From assembly GCA_947630625.1 (NCBI GenBank), contig CANRIL010000005.1, positions 6,205 to 70,204 of the forward strand: 64,000 nucleotides of DNA. The letters run 5' to 3'. The position numbers were made by a program, and so were the translations under genes. Below, one piece after another: positions 29,074 to 38,943 of the stretch (position 1 is the first letter of the stretch; every line of letters starts with the position of its first letter). Under the pieces are notes generated by a model. The model ran no database searches. It was not told the DNA's origin and saw only the letters and a program-made list of their open reading frames with translations. Source of the DNA: an uncultured Clostridia bacterium. GTDB lineage: Bacteria > Bacillota > Clostridia > Oscillospirales > CAG-272.

Positions 29074-30471
29074 ATGACGAAAAAACAGCCCATAAACCCG
29101 TATCTTCCGCCGTGGGAATACGTCCCCGACGGCGAGCCGTACGTTTTCGGCGACCGCGTCTACGTCTACGGCTCGCACGATCTTTATAACGGCCACGTAT
29201 TCTGCCTCGGCGATTACGTATGCTGGTCGGCGCCTGTCGACGACCTCGGAAACTGGCGCTATGAGGGCGTCATATACCCGAAGACCGACGACCCCGTCAA
29301 CCGCGACGGCTCCATGTGTCTTTACGCGCCCGACGTGACGCGCGGACCTGACGGGCGCTATTACCTCTACTACGTGCTCGACCACGTCAGCTTTGTCTCC
29401 GTCGCCGTCTGCGACACGCCCGCCGGGAGATATCGGTTTCTCGGCGTCGTCCGGTATCCCGACGGAACGCCGCTCGGAAGCGCGCCCGGCGACGAGCCGC
29501 AGTTCGACCCCGGCGTTTTAACGGAAGGCGACCGCACGTATCTTTATACCGGTTTCTGCGGACACGGCGACAAGAGCCGGCACGGCGCGATGGCGACCGT
29601 GCTCGACAGAGATATGCTGACCGTCATCGAACCGCCCAAAATAATCGTCCCCGGCAGCTCATACAGTGCGGGAACAGGCTTTGAGGGACACGCGTTCTTC
29701 GAAGCGCCGTCTATACGGAAATTCGGCGACACCTACTTTTTCATATATTCTTCCGAGGTCATGCACGAGCTCTGTTATGCGGTGTCAAAGTCGCCGCGCG
29801 AGGGATTTTCATACCGCGGCGTCCTCGTCAGCAACGGCGACATCGGCATCGGCACGTATAAGGACGCAAATCTCCCAGCCGCCTATATCGCCAACAATCA
29901 CGGCTCCGTCGTCGAGGTCGGCGGCGAATACTTCATTTTCTACCACCGCCACACAAACGGCACGTGGTATTCGCGGCAGGGCTGCGCCGAACGGCTGACG
30001 CGCACGCCTGACGGCGGATTTTTGCAGGCGGAAATCACCTCTCAGGGGCTCTCCCCGTCGCCGCTCCCATCAAAGGCGGAATATCCCGCCTATATCGCCT
30101 GCAACCTATATCTTGCATCCGCTCCGCACCGCTTCGGCGGCGACTGCCCGAAAATCGTTCAGGACGGGCGCGACGGCGACCATGAGATCGGCTATATCGC
30201 AAACGTCGGGAACGGCATGGTCGCCGGATTCAAGTACCTCGACTTTTCGGGCGTCACAGCCCTGACCGTAAAGACGCGCGGCTACATACACGGCGAATTC
30301 GAAGTCAGAACGTCGCCTGACGGTCCCTCCCTCGGCTCCGTCCGCGTCTATGGCTCCAATATCTGGCAGGCACACACCGCATCCGTCCGCGTACCGGACG
30401 GCGTTCACGCCGTCTACCTCTGCTTTTCCGGCACGGGAAACGGTCACTTAAAGTCAATAGAATTTTCGTAA
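29074..30471 (+). CDS. Glycoside hydrolase family 43-like enzyme with a C-terminal beta-sandwich
   Basis: 465 aa. NPYLPPWEYVPDGEPYVFGDRVYVYGSHD, YAPDV, FFEAPSIRK are typical five-bladed-propeller GH43 motifs. Confidence 0.7.
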   Translation: MTKKQPINPYLPPWEYVPDGEPYVFGDRVYVYGSHDLYNGHVFCLGDYVCWSAPVDDLGNWRYEGVIYPKTDDPVNRDGSMCLYAPDVTRGPDGRYYLYYVLDHVSFVSVAVCDTPAGRYRFLGVVRYPDGTPLGSAPGDEPQFDPGVLTEGDRTYLYTGFCGHGDKSRHGAMATVLDRDMLTVIEPPKIIVPGSSYSAGTGFEGHAFFEAPSIRKFGDTYFFIYSSEVMHELCYAVSKSPREGFSYRGVLVSNGDIGIGTYKDANLPAAYIANNHGSVVEVGGEYFIFYHRHTNGTWYSRQGCAERLTRTPDGGFLQAEITSQGLSPSPLPSKAEYPAYIACNLYLASAPHRFGGDCPKIVQDGRDGDHEIGYIANVGNGMVAGFKYLDFSGVTALTVKTRGYIHGEFEVRTSPDGPSLGSVRVYGSNIWQAHTASVRVPDGVHAVYLCFSGTGNGHLKSIEFS

Positions 30472-30595
30472 GCACGCAGCCGCTTGCAAACTCAGTGCGC
30501 GAAAAAATCCCACACGGGAACGAATTCACGTCCCCCGCGTGGGATTTTGCTTTTTTCAGCCGCCGCCGGATTTCCCGGCGCATGATCACGAGGCT

Positions 30596-31078
30596 TTACG
30601 TTTCAATATAATGGTCTGTCGGTATATCTCCCTCAAGGTCAATAAATACACTGATCAAATTCTTCGGTATATCCTTAGTCTCACCGTACCAGACGAACTC
30701 GTCCTCGACATCTCCACGTGTTGCCTCCATAGACTCTTTGTATATGTTGATCTGAATGAGATTCATTCCGGGATAAATAACTAACTTTCCTATCCATTCA
30801 TCATCGCTGTTATACAACCTTAAGATTTTCGAGCTTTCATCAGTTAATTCTTTAACGCCATAATCTTTTCCGTCTATTCTGACTGTTCCGGAAGTATGCC
30901 GTCCGCCCTTAATTGTGCGGCGTACATATAAGTTTGCGGACATGCTCGAGGTCGCCTCGGCTCTGTCCGTCAACGGAATATCAAACGCAACCTTTCGCGG
31001 GAAAAAATATATTATAGCGGCAAGACATATAATGACGATAACGCTTATTATGATGAGCTTCTTTTTGTTGACCTGCAT
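30596..31078 (-). CDS. Hypothetical N-terminally anchored protein, duplicate copy A
   Basis: Preferred start is ATG 31078 (MQVNKKKLIIISVIVIICLAA...), preceded by GAAGGGGG. This gives 160 aa, the same length as copy B. The longer TTG-initiated ORF to 31096 is less likely. AT-rich by eye compared with its neighbours. Confidence 0.6.
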   Translation of the reverse strand: MQVNKKKLIIISVIVIICLAAIIYFFPRKVAFDIPLTDRAEATSSMSANLYVRRTIKGGRHTSGTVRIDGKDYGVKELTDESSKILRLYNSDDEWIGKLVIYPGMNLIQINIYKESMEATRGDVEDEFVWYGETKDIPKNLISVFIDLEGDIPTDHYIET

Positions 31079-31183
31079 GGTTATGACCCCCTTCAATAAT
31101 ATATATCAGACATATTCACGTCCACCGTATGGGATTTATTTTTTCAGCCGCCGCCGGACTTTCCGGCGCATGATCACGAGGCT

Positions 31184-31666
31184 TTACGTTTCAATATAAT
31201 GGTCGGTCGGTATATCTCCCTCAAGGTCAATAAATACGCTGATCAAATTCTTCGGTATATCCTTAGTCTCACCGTACCAGACGAACTCGTCCTCGACATC
31301 TCCACGTGTTGCCTCCATAGACTCTTTGTATATGTTGATCTGAATGAGATTCATTCCGGGATAAATAACTAACTTTCCTATCCATTCATCATCGCTGTTA
31401 TACAACCTTAAGATTTTCGAGCTTTCATCAGTTAATTCTTTAACGCCATAATCTTTTCCGTCTATTCTGACTGTTCCGGAAGTATGCCGTCCGCCCTTAA
31501 TTGTGCGGCGTACATATAAGTTTGCGGACATGCTCGAGGTCGCCTCGGCTCTGTCCGTCAACGGAATATCAAACGCAACCCTTCTCGGGAAAAAATATAT
31601 TACGGCGGCAAGACATATAATGACAATAACGCTTATTATGATGAGCTTCTTTTTGTTTACGTTCAT
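31184..31666 (-). CDS. Hypothetical N-terminally anchored protein, duplicate copy B
   Basis: 160 aa, MNVNKKKLIIISVIVIICLAAVIYFFPRR... Identical to copy A after about residue 30. AAGGGGG RBS. Confidence 0.6.
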   Translation of the reverse strand: MNVNKKKLIIISVIVIICLAAVIYFFPRRVAFDIPLTDRAEATSSMSANLYVRRTIKGGRHTSGTVRIDGKDYGVKELTDESSKILRLYNSDDEWIGKLVIYPGMNLIQINIYKESMEATRGDVEDEFVWYGETKDIPKNLISVFIDLEGDIPTDHYIET

Positions 31667-31959
31667 AATTATGCCCCCTTACATTTTATATGCGGCTGCC
31701 GTGCATGCGTCTGCCGCATTTGTCATAAGCCCCATATCAAAGCCGGATTATTTTTCTCTGCATTAAATTATAGCACGCATTTGCAATTTTTTCAAGGCTT
31801 CGGGCTTACATATTTTTATAAAAAATAGTAACTTCCCAAAAATAAACGCGACGGCGTTCAAAGCCGCGCTCATGTCGGAAAGTTACAAATTTTATTCTGA
31901 TTTGTCTGCCTTTTGCCCTGCCGCAAAGATGCGGCGGCAAAAATATGATGCGGGGAATA

Positions 31960-32988
31960 TCAAAGCTCCGATTCGCGGATGTATTCGGTCAGTCGCCTGT
32001 AAGCCTCCTCCATACCGACTTTCGGCTCCCAGCCGAGCGCCCGCAATTTGTCGGAGCACAGCCGCATAACGGCGTCCGGCGCGTACCCGAACGCGTTGCC
32101 ATCGGGGATATCATATACGACGCCTATTCGCCCTCCGGCGACCGTCCCGGCGACAAGCTCCGCGATCTCGGAAATCGTCCGGCTCTCAGCGTCGTTGCAG
32201 ACGTTATACGCCTGACCGTTTTCGCCGCGGTCAAGTATAGTGAAAAGCCCCCGTATCGCGTCCGTCGTGTAGCAAAAGTTCGACACCGACCTCCCCGCTG
32301 TGTGAAGCACGATGTCGCGCCCCGAAACAGCCGATCTCGCAAACTGCATCGGCGCGCGTGTATCATTCAGCGGCATACCCGCGCCGAACGTCTGCGCGAG
32401 GCGCGCCGTCCGCGCGGGAACTCCGTATTCGGTATAATACGACATGCACAAAAGCTCCGAGACGCGCTTTCCCTCCGGATACGAGGAACGCGGGCTGCAA
32501 AGGTCAACATATCCGAGCTTTTCCTCAGTCACGGGATTCTGCTCCGCCGTTGTCGTTCCGTATACCTCCATCGAGGAAAGATACAGAAGCGCCGTGAGGT
32601 TTTTCTGCTCCCGCGCGAGCTCGAGCACGTTTTCGGTCCCCTTCACCGCGACGCCGAACGTCCCGACCGGGTCGTCCACCATCAGCTTCGATGTCGTCAC
32701 GGCGGCGCAGTGAACGATATAGTCTATCGGCTCGTCTATAAAAAACCGCTCCCGCACGTCGCCCTTTACGAGGACGGCGCTTTCACCGAGCACAGCCGCC
32801 CCCTTCCGCTCGTCCCTGACGAGCGCGAGCACGCGCGCGCCCGGCGCGATTTTTTTCAGCGCCCGAACAAAGAGCGAACCGATAAGCCCGGTCGCCCCCG
32901 TGACGAAAAACGTCTCTCCCGAAAAAGACGACGGTTCAAAGCTCGCGTCGACGCCAATATTTTCAATATCAGAACAGAATACCGGCAT
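31960..32988 (-). CDS. NAD-dependent sugar-nucleotide epimerase/dehydratase (SDR family)
   Basis: 342 aa. VTGATGLIGS Rossmann motif, SSMEVYG, YPEGK (YxxxK). Confidence 0.8.
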   Translation of the reverse strand: MPVFCSDIENIGVDASFEPSSFSGETFFVTGATGLIGSLFVRALKKIAPGARVLALVRDERKGAAVLGESAVLVKGDVRERFFIDEPIDYIVHCAAVTTSKLMVDDPVGTFGVAVKGTENVLELAREQKNLTALLYLSSMEVYGTTTAEQNPVTEEKLGYVDLCSPRSSYPEGKRVSELLCMSYYTEYGVPARTARLAQTFGAGMPLNDTRAPMQFARSAVSGRDIVLHTAGRSVSNFCYTTDAIRGLFTILDRGENGQAYNVCNDAESRTISEIAELVAGTVAGGRIGVVYDIPDGNAFGYAPDAVMRLCSDKLRALGWEPKVGMEEAYRRLTEYIRESEL

Positions 32989-33003
32989 GTCCCCCTCCTT
33001 GAT

Positions 33004-34440
33004 CTAAACCTTCATATCCGTTATCGCGCCCACATATCGCCTATGGTCGATCACGACATACGCGAACAGCGCGAGCGCGATCATATATCTCGCGATGCGC
33101 ACGCCGTAGAGCAGGCTGCACGAGAGGCACGCGAGCGTTACTATTATAGACAAAAGCGCGATTACGCGCGCGTCAAATATTTTCTCCTTCTCGACGGCGC
33201 GGACGTTTCCGTAGTGCATCAGCGCCAGCACGATGAACGATATCAGCGTCGTATAGCTCGCCGCGACGTATCCGAACGCGTTTATGAATACATAGTTTAA
33301 AACGACGTTCGTCACCGCCGCCGTAATAGTCGCGAGCATTATGCGCACCGAACGCTTGTGAAAAAAGCTGACGTGCGCGAAAGCGTCATATACGATGTGC
33401 ATGAAGACGCCCGCGACGGTCGCGGGGACGACGTAGACGCCCTCCATATATTCGTCGGTCCCCAAAATCATTATGACCTCGGGCGCGAGCAGCGTCACGA
33501 TGACGCAGAATATTCCGATCAGTGTGAGCAGCGTGTTCGTGTTTTTTCTGATCGAACCGTAATTTTTTCGTCCTAACTGTTCATTGACGAACGGCGTAAA
33601 CGTGACGCACAGCGCCGTCCACAAAAGCGAACCGACGGTTGAGATCGTCGCCGCGAGCGAATATATTCCCGCCTTGTCCGTGCCGACCATGCTGTCTATC
33701 ATCAGCTTGTCGGTCCCGTTCAGGAAAGCAAATCCGAGATAATGCGGGATGAGCGGCAGCGCGAATATCAAAGCGCCGCGCCAAAGCGCGCGGTCAAACG
33801 GACGCTTTCCCTTTGAAAATATATACACGGCGAGCACCGCCGCGACCGAAAGATTGACCGCCCCGGCGCTCCACAGCCTGACGACGCCGAGATCGACGCC
33901 GCGCCCCCGCATCGCAATAACAGCTCCGACCGAGACGAGCTGCGCCGCGACCGCCGTCCCGACCGTGACGAAAAACGTGACCTTGTAGTTGTACTCGTAC
34001 TTTTGCTTATATGTCCAGAAAACGACGGCGGGATTCAATGCGCACGTCAGTATCATCAGCACCATGAGCGGCGCCGGTAAATTAATGACGCTGCGCAAAA
34101 GCCCCCACGCGGCGAAAATCACGCCGCCTGTCACAATTGAGGACGCCGCGACGAGTCCGAGCATCGAGGAAAGATACCTCCACCTGTTTTCCTTGTGCTC
34201 GTACATGCCGACGCTCAGAAGCCCCGGCTTTATGAGCGTCAGCGTGGCGATCACTGATATTATAGCGTAAATCGCGTTATATACCGAGACAAGCCCGTAT
34301 TCCTCGGTAGACAAAAGCTCCGTGAATACGGGTGTAAAAATGTAATTTATCCCGCTCGTCGCGAACGAAGCGATCCCGAACGCGATCGTCGCCTTCAGAT
34401 TGCTCGCCTTGCCCGCGCTCATCTGCCGTCTCCGATCCAC
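33004..34440 (-). CDS. Polysaccharide/oligosaccharide flippase (Wzx, MOP superfamily)
   Basis: 478 aa, about 12-14 TM helices, with the typical N-terminus (NLKATIAFGIASFATSGINYIFTPVFTELLSTEEYG). Confidence 0.75.
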   Translation of the reverse strand: MDRRRQMSAGKASNLKATIAFGIASFATSGINYIFTPVFTELLSTEEYGLVSVYNAIYAIISVIATLTLIKPGLLSVGMYEHKENRWRYLSSMLGLVAASSIVTGGVIFAAWGLLRSVINLPAPLMVLMILTCALNPAVVFWTYKQKYEYNYKVTFFVTVGTAVAAQLVSVGAVIAMRGRGVDLGVVRLWSAGAVNLSVAAVLAVYIFSKGKRPFDRALWRGALIFALPLIPHYLGFAFLNGTDKLMIDSMVGTDKAGIYSLAATISTVGSLLWTALCVTFTPFVNEQLGRKNYGSIRKNTNTLLTLIGIFCVIVTLLAPEVIMILGTDEYMEGVYVVPATVAGVFMHIVYDAFAHVSFFHKRSVRIMLATITAAVTNVVLNYVFINAFGYVAASYTTLISFIVLALMHYGNVRAVEKEKIFDARVIALLSIIVTLACLSCSLLYGVRIARYMIALALFAYVVIDHRRYVGAITDMKV

Positions 34441-35240
34441 TCAGTCGCAAAATCGTGCGTCACGCGCTTGTCCTCCGGCGGCAGCTGCATATAGTTGCCG
34501 CCGTACGTATTTTTAAGGTGCTCGTCCCATTTCTGCGGCGCGAAAAATTTTCTTCCCTCAAAATCGACCGTGAGCGGCTCGTTGAAATCCTCCGGCGTGA
34601 AATAAAAGTCGTAATTCACGCGCTCCCAGTCGGTTATGTCGATCCCTCTGCCGCATTTGTCAAAATCACATTTTCTTGTCAGCTCCTCGGCGCGGCGCTG
34701 AAATTTGTTGTTTTTGTTCCCGAACAGCGTCAATAGCAGCTTTTTCACACGGTTGCTCGCGGTCTTTTTGCCCGGCATATAATATGTGTCCGCGCGCTGC
34801 ATCAGCTTGCAGAAGAAAAGCTCCGCCTGCCAGAGCGGGTGCAGATACGGATGCTCCCATATCCCGTCGACGGCGAATAAATCTATCCAGACACCGAGGT
34901 TTTCAGGGTATTCCCTGATATATGTCGGATACGCCCTCGTCCGCGTGTCGCAGACCCGGGCGGCAAAATAGTGAAACTTCGGGTCGAGGTCATAGTGCAG
35001 AACGGTCAGGTTCTCGCCGATTTTTTGCCCCTGCCTCGCCGCGTCTATGAGCTTATCGTAATCGGCGCGCGGCATAAAAATATCAATATCGTTATCCCAC
35101 GGAATAAATCCGTGATGGCGCACAGCGCCTAAAAGCGTTCCGTATGCGAGGCAATACCGCAGTCCGTTTGCGACGCAGTAATCGTGTACCTTTGACAGTA
35201 TCTCCGTCTCAACATTCTGAACTTCGCGAAGCGTCAGCAT
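34419..35240 (-). CDS. LicD-family phosphotransferase (phosphocholine/phospho-alditol transfer to glycan)
   Basis: Preferred start ATG 35240 (MLTLREVQNVETEILSKV...). LicD motif LLGAVRHHGFIPWDNDIDIFMPRADYDKL. The ORF is open to 35291. Confidence 0.8.
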   Translation of the reverse strand: MLTLREVQNVETEILSKVHDYCVANGLRYCLAYGTLLGAVRHHGFIPWDNDIDIFMPRADYDKLIDAARQGQKIGENLTVLHYDLDPKFHYFAARVCDTRTRAYPTYIREYPENLGVWIDLFAVDGIWEHPYLHPLWQAELFFCKLMQRADTYYMPGKKTASNRVKKLLLTLFGNKNNKFQRRAEELTRKCDFDKCGRGIDITDWERVNYDFYFTPEDFNEPLTVDFEGRKFFAPQKWDEHLKNTYGGNYMQLPPEDKRVTHDFATEWIGDGR

Positions 35241-36642
35241 CGGATCTTTCTCCTTCCGTGTAAGTGTTTTCGAGCTGTAATGAAAATTCAAGGCACATTA
35301 TGGCGATCGTATAAAACATCCAGTATTTCCTCGCGTAAAAGCACGGGTCGAGGAATCCGAGCACGGCGAAAAACAGCTGCATTCCGAGGGCGGCGACGTT
35401 GAGCATCACGACATCCGGCGGCAGCTTGTCGCGCACTTTCCTGATCCTCGCCGCCTGACGGAAAGCCGTATAAAGCAGCCACACCGTCGGGACGAGCCAG
35501 AGCGCCGTGCCTAAAAGCCCCGTCTCGCAGAGGTGCTGTAAGTAGTCATTATGGACGTTTGAGACATCGCCGTGTTCTAAAATGAACGCCGACGGGATAT
35601 AGTCCTTGAATCCGAAAAATCCGATCCCGAATATCGGCGCTCCCAGAAACAGACCGAACGCTATCACCCAGAGCTCCATTCTTCCGGACGTGATATCGCT
35701 TTCGCCGCCGAGAAGCGCTTCGAGTCCCTTGCCGCCGCTCGTAAAGATCTTTTCAAGCGTTGTGACGTATCTTGAGAGAAATCCCATCCTTCCAAAAAAA
35801 TAGAGCAGCAAAACGATGAAAACGACCGTAAGCGGCAAGAGCAGAATTCCCGCAAGCTTGCGCACCGTGAGGCTCCTTTTCCTGTACACAAACGCAACGA
35901 TGACAAACGCCGCCGCAAGCGAGATCAGCTCGCTTCTCCTTCCCGTCATCACCATTCCCGCAACTGCGACAAGCGCCATCACGGCAGCGCCGGCGCGTGC
36001 GCGCGTTTTTTCCGGGGAGAGCGTATAGAGCCTGCCGAGCGAGATCAGAAATGACAGCGCGAAAACGTAGTTCGCGTAAGTATATCCGCCCGCGATCGGT
36101 ATACTGTAACCCTTTGCCATATATGTGTCCGCCTCGGCCTGCGTCGCCTCGGACAGCAGCGGATAAAAAAACGATTTGTAAACGTCGGGGAATATGCTGA
36201 AAAACAGCGTCGCAAGCATGAAGGCGACGCTTGCCGCCCCGATAACGGAGAATGACGCGCGGACAGCATTCTTGTCATACGACGAAAATATCACATAGAC
36301 GAAAAGTATGACCATGGCGATCAGATACGAGATCGAGTCGCTGTCGTGCTTCGCGTTCGGCAATGTAAGAAACACGACCGTAACAGAGATAAGGAACATG
36401 TATATCCCCTTTGTTCTCGTGATCCTGACCGTGCTTTTGCCCCAAACGTCAAGAATAAGCAGCGCGCACAGCGCCGCGTATCCTATGACCTGCCTGACTC
36501 CGAGGTCAGTATATATGAAATACGTTGCGACAAAAAGGGAAAGGATGAAGAAGGAATTGTTTCTTCTGTCCGCTTTTCCCGCTATTCCTAACCCGATCCA
36601 GTTCATAAATCTAACCCTTGTTTTGTCCGTCAGCCGCGGCAA
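35209..36642 (-). CDS. O-antigen ligase/polymerase-like membrane protein (Wzy_C family)
   Basis: 477 aa polytopic protein with a large loop carrying HNDYLQHLCETGLLG, the Wzy_C-type signature. Confidence 0.7.
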   Translation of the reverse strand: MPRLTDKTRVRFMNWIGLGIAGKADRRNNSFFILSLFVATYFIYTDLGVRQVIGYAALCALLILDVWGKSTVRITRTKGIYMFLISVTVVFLTLPNAKHDSDSISYLIAMVILFVYVIFSSYDKNAVRASFSVIGAASVAFMLATLFFSIFPDVYKSFFYPLLSEATQAEADTYMAKGYSIPIAGGYTYANYVFALSFLISLGRLYTLSPEKTRARAGAAVMALVAVAGMVMTGRRSELISLAAAFVIVAFVYRKRSLTVRKLAGILLLPLTVVFIVLLLYFFGRMGFLSRYVTTLEKIFTSGGKGLEALLGGESDITSGRMELWVIAFGLFLGAPIFGIGFFGFKDYIPSAFILEHGDVSNVHNDYLQHLCETGLLGTALWLVPTVWLLYTAFRQAARIRKVRDKLPPDVVMLNVAALGMQLFFAVLGFLDPCFYARKYWMFYTIAIMCLEFSLQLENTYTEGERSDADASRSSEC

Positions 36643-37754
36643 AGATCGATTATTATCTCCGCCGTCCTCACGGTCGCCTCGCCGCTCTCGCAGCCGCCAA
36701 GCTCTTCTATGTGCCTGCGTATCTTGCGCGCGCTCTCCACACTGTCGTATCCGAATATTATCTTTTCAAACGCGTCCATTTCCTTGGCAAACGGATACGG
36801 CCACGTCTCTATCGGCGTATAAAATTCGCGTTCGCCCGCGTATTCGCCGAGGTCGGGCGTATATAAAAATCCCGGCTTCCCCGTCAGCGCGAAATCCCAT
36901 ATCGACGAGGAATAATCGGTTATAAGTACGTCGCTTGCCAAAAGCAGCTCCTGCATGTCGGGGTACGCCGTAACGTCGATGACATCCCCCGTTCCCGACT
37001 GCGATGTAAGATAATAGTGCGCCCGGAAAAGTATCTTCCACTCTCCGCCGAACCGCTTTTTGAGCGCCGCCGCCGTGCGGCCGAAATCGAGCGAATACTT
37101 ATAGTTCATGTCGTGCCTGAACGTCGGCGCGAACAGCGCGAGCCTGTCCCCTTCTTTTGCGCCGATCGCCTCGCGTATGCGCCCCACGTCATCCCGCCTG
37201 CCGTTCAGGAGCATGTCGTTTCGCGGCATGCCGCATTCGAGCACCTCGCCGTGGTAGCAGAACGAATTCCGCAGCGTCATTTCCGTGAACGCGCGGCTGC
37301 TCGAAAGATAGAGGTCTACGCGTTTATGCTTGTTTATCATGTTGCGGTCAGTCCCCTCGTCGGTGTCCCGCCTGAAAAGGCCGACGCCCTTGTAAGCGCC
37401 GCCGCCGTGCCACGTGTTTATCACAAACTGCCCGCGCCTTTTCGGCAGTATCGACCAGCTCTCAACGTTGTCGACGACGACGCGCGAGGTCAGAAGATAA
37501 TATAGGTGCGGGATGCTTTTGAAGCGAACGCGCCGGATCCTGCCGTCAAGCGACGAAAACTTCCGGGGCTCCGAAAACGCCCACACGATATCGAGATTTT
37601 CCCCGCAGCCGAGCAGATATTCGCATATATATTTCGGGCTGCACGAATAGCTTTTTCCGCTGTACGCGCTGAAAAACACCCTGTTTTTCTTTATCGGGAA
37701 TATGAAAAACACGGACAGAAGCGCCCTGCATATCCCAATGACGAAATTTTTCAT
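36630..37754 (-). CDS. CDP-glycerol (or CDP-alditol) glycerophosphotransferase, TagB/TagF family
   Basis: 374 aa. NTWHGGGAYK, FAPTFR, LITDYSSSIWDFALTGKPGFLYTPD. Confidence 0.8.
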   Translation of the reverse strand: MKNFVIGICRALLSVFFIFPIKKNRVFFSAYSGKSYSCSPKYICEYLLGCGENLDIVWAFSEPRKFSSLDGRIRRVRFKSIPHLYYLLTSRVVVDNVESWSILPKRRGQFVINTWHGGGAYKGVGLFRRDTDEGTDRNMINKHKRVDLYLSSSRAFTEMTLRNSFCYHGEVLECGMPRNDMLLNGRRDDVGRIREAIGAKEGDRLALFAPTFRHDMNYKYSLDFGRTAAALKKRFGGEWKILFRAHYYLTSQSGTGDVIDVTAYPDMQELLLASDVLITDYSSSIWDFALTGKPGFLYTPDLGEYAGEREFYTPIETWPYPFAKEMDAFEKIIFGYDSVESARKIRRHIEELGGCESGEATVRTAEIIIDLCRG

Positions 37755-37900
37755 TCCGTCCTCCCGTCCTTCGCCGATTTTTTATTTATCCATTCCAAAA
37801 ACGCATGCGCCAAGATCGACAGTGCAAACATTATTGCAGTCAACGATATGAAAGCCGCCCGCCATTCCGTCCGTATATAAGCATATGATAACGTCGCCAT

Positions 37901-38176
37901 TTATAAAAACGACACACCCCTGCTTTTGATATCCCGGTACGGGACGGCGAAAATCAAGTGCGGGATGAGCACGCGTGAAAGCCGCCTTTTAAAGAAGCCC
38001 GCGCTCGATCTTTCGTATGAGTAGTAAAGCCCTATCCCGGACAAAAGCAAAAATATGTCAACTCCGACGTTGCCTATCGAGGCGAATCTGAAAAACAAAC
38101 TCGTCTCAAATATCCCGTTCGCCGTATTGTTGTCTATGATGTGCCCGAGCATGACTAAAAGACACGCAATTCCCAT
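37901..38176 (-). pseudogene. Remnant of an acyltransferase-3 (O-acyltransferase) gene, about the first 90 codons only
   Basis: AELMGIACLLVMLGH...GVDIFLLLSGIGLYYSY...RRLSRVLIPHL matches the N-terminal third of AT3 membrane acyltransferases, which are normally over 330 aa. The frame stops at 37901, and only 146 bp remain before the next gene. There is no convincing start or RBS, and the frame is open back into the upstream gene. Confidence 0.5.
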
Positions 38177-38226
38177 CAGCTCCGCGCGATACTCGCCCGA
38201 GTATGCGCCACGTCTTCGCCGCCGGC

Positions 38227-38943
38227 TTATTCTTCGTTTTTTTCTTCTCTTGCACGTGAAATACCGAGGTACATATAATAATCGGACGGCGTCGTTACCT
38301 TTATGTTTTCCTGCTCGCCGAAAACGGTGTGCAGCCGCGCTCCGTAATATCTCATCATAGACGCGGAATCAATAAATGTGTGATTTCCCTCCGCGATGCT
38401 CTTTTCGTGAGCGCCCAATATCTCCGAGAGCAGGAAGCACTGCGGCGCCTTCGCCATGCGGCAGAGGTCACGGTCGAGTATTTCCGTTATCTCCCCGTCC
38501 TCGTCGACCCGGATGACCGTTTCGATCGCCTTCGTCACGGTGATCGCGCTGCCGTATTCGAGGACTCCCTCGATGCAGCGCACGATCGTGCCTTCGTCAA
38601 CGAGCGGGCGAACGCCGTCATGTATGAGCACGACCGCCTCACTGTGGCGTTTTTTTATCTCGCATAGCCCGTTATACTGCGAATCGAGCGCCGTGATCCC
38701 GCCGGGGACGATGGAAACGACCTTTTGCAGGCCTGCCCCATGTATGAGCTCCCACGTGTGATCTATCCATTCCTCCTTGCAGGCGATGACGATCTCGTCT
38801 ATCATGCCGCACCGCTCAAACACTTCGAGCGTGTGAATTATGACCGCTTTGCCGTTCCATTCGAGGAACTGCTTCGGCACGTCTCCCCCCATCCGCGAAC
38901 CGACTCCGCCCGCGAAGATGAGCGCCACATTATGCAGACGCAT
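38227..38943 (-). CDS. IspD/TarI-family cytidylyltransferase (CDP-alditol synthesis)
   Basis: Preferred start ATG 38943, preceded by AAAGGAGGG. MRLHNVALIFAGGVGSRMGGDVPKQFL is the family N-terminal motif. The ORF is open to 39039. Confidence 0.75.
   Translation of the reverse strand: MRLHNVALIFAGGVGSRMGGDVPKQFLEWNGKAVIIHTLEVFERCGMIDEIVIACKEEWIDHTWELIHGAGLQKVVSIVPGGITALDSQYNGLCEIKKRHSEAVVLIHDGVRPLVDEGTIVRCIEGVLEYGSAITVTKAIETVIRVDEDGEITEILDRDLCRMAKAPQCFLLSEILGAHEKSIAEGNHTFIDSASMMRYYGARLHTVFGEQENIKVTTPSDYYMYLGISRAREEKNEE

Larger units (their letters stand above)
30524..31700. repeat. Two-copy direct tandem duplication, period 588 bp, near-identical
   Basis: Unit 1 about 30524-31111, unit 2 about 31112-31695. 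Landmark pairs: stop codons TTA at 30596/31184 and CAGCC at 30557/31145. Only a handful of substitutions are visible by eye (for example ggtctgtcgg vs ggtcggtcgg, aatacactga vs aatacgctga). Similarity decays just upstream of the two start codons. Confidence 0.9.
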
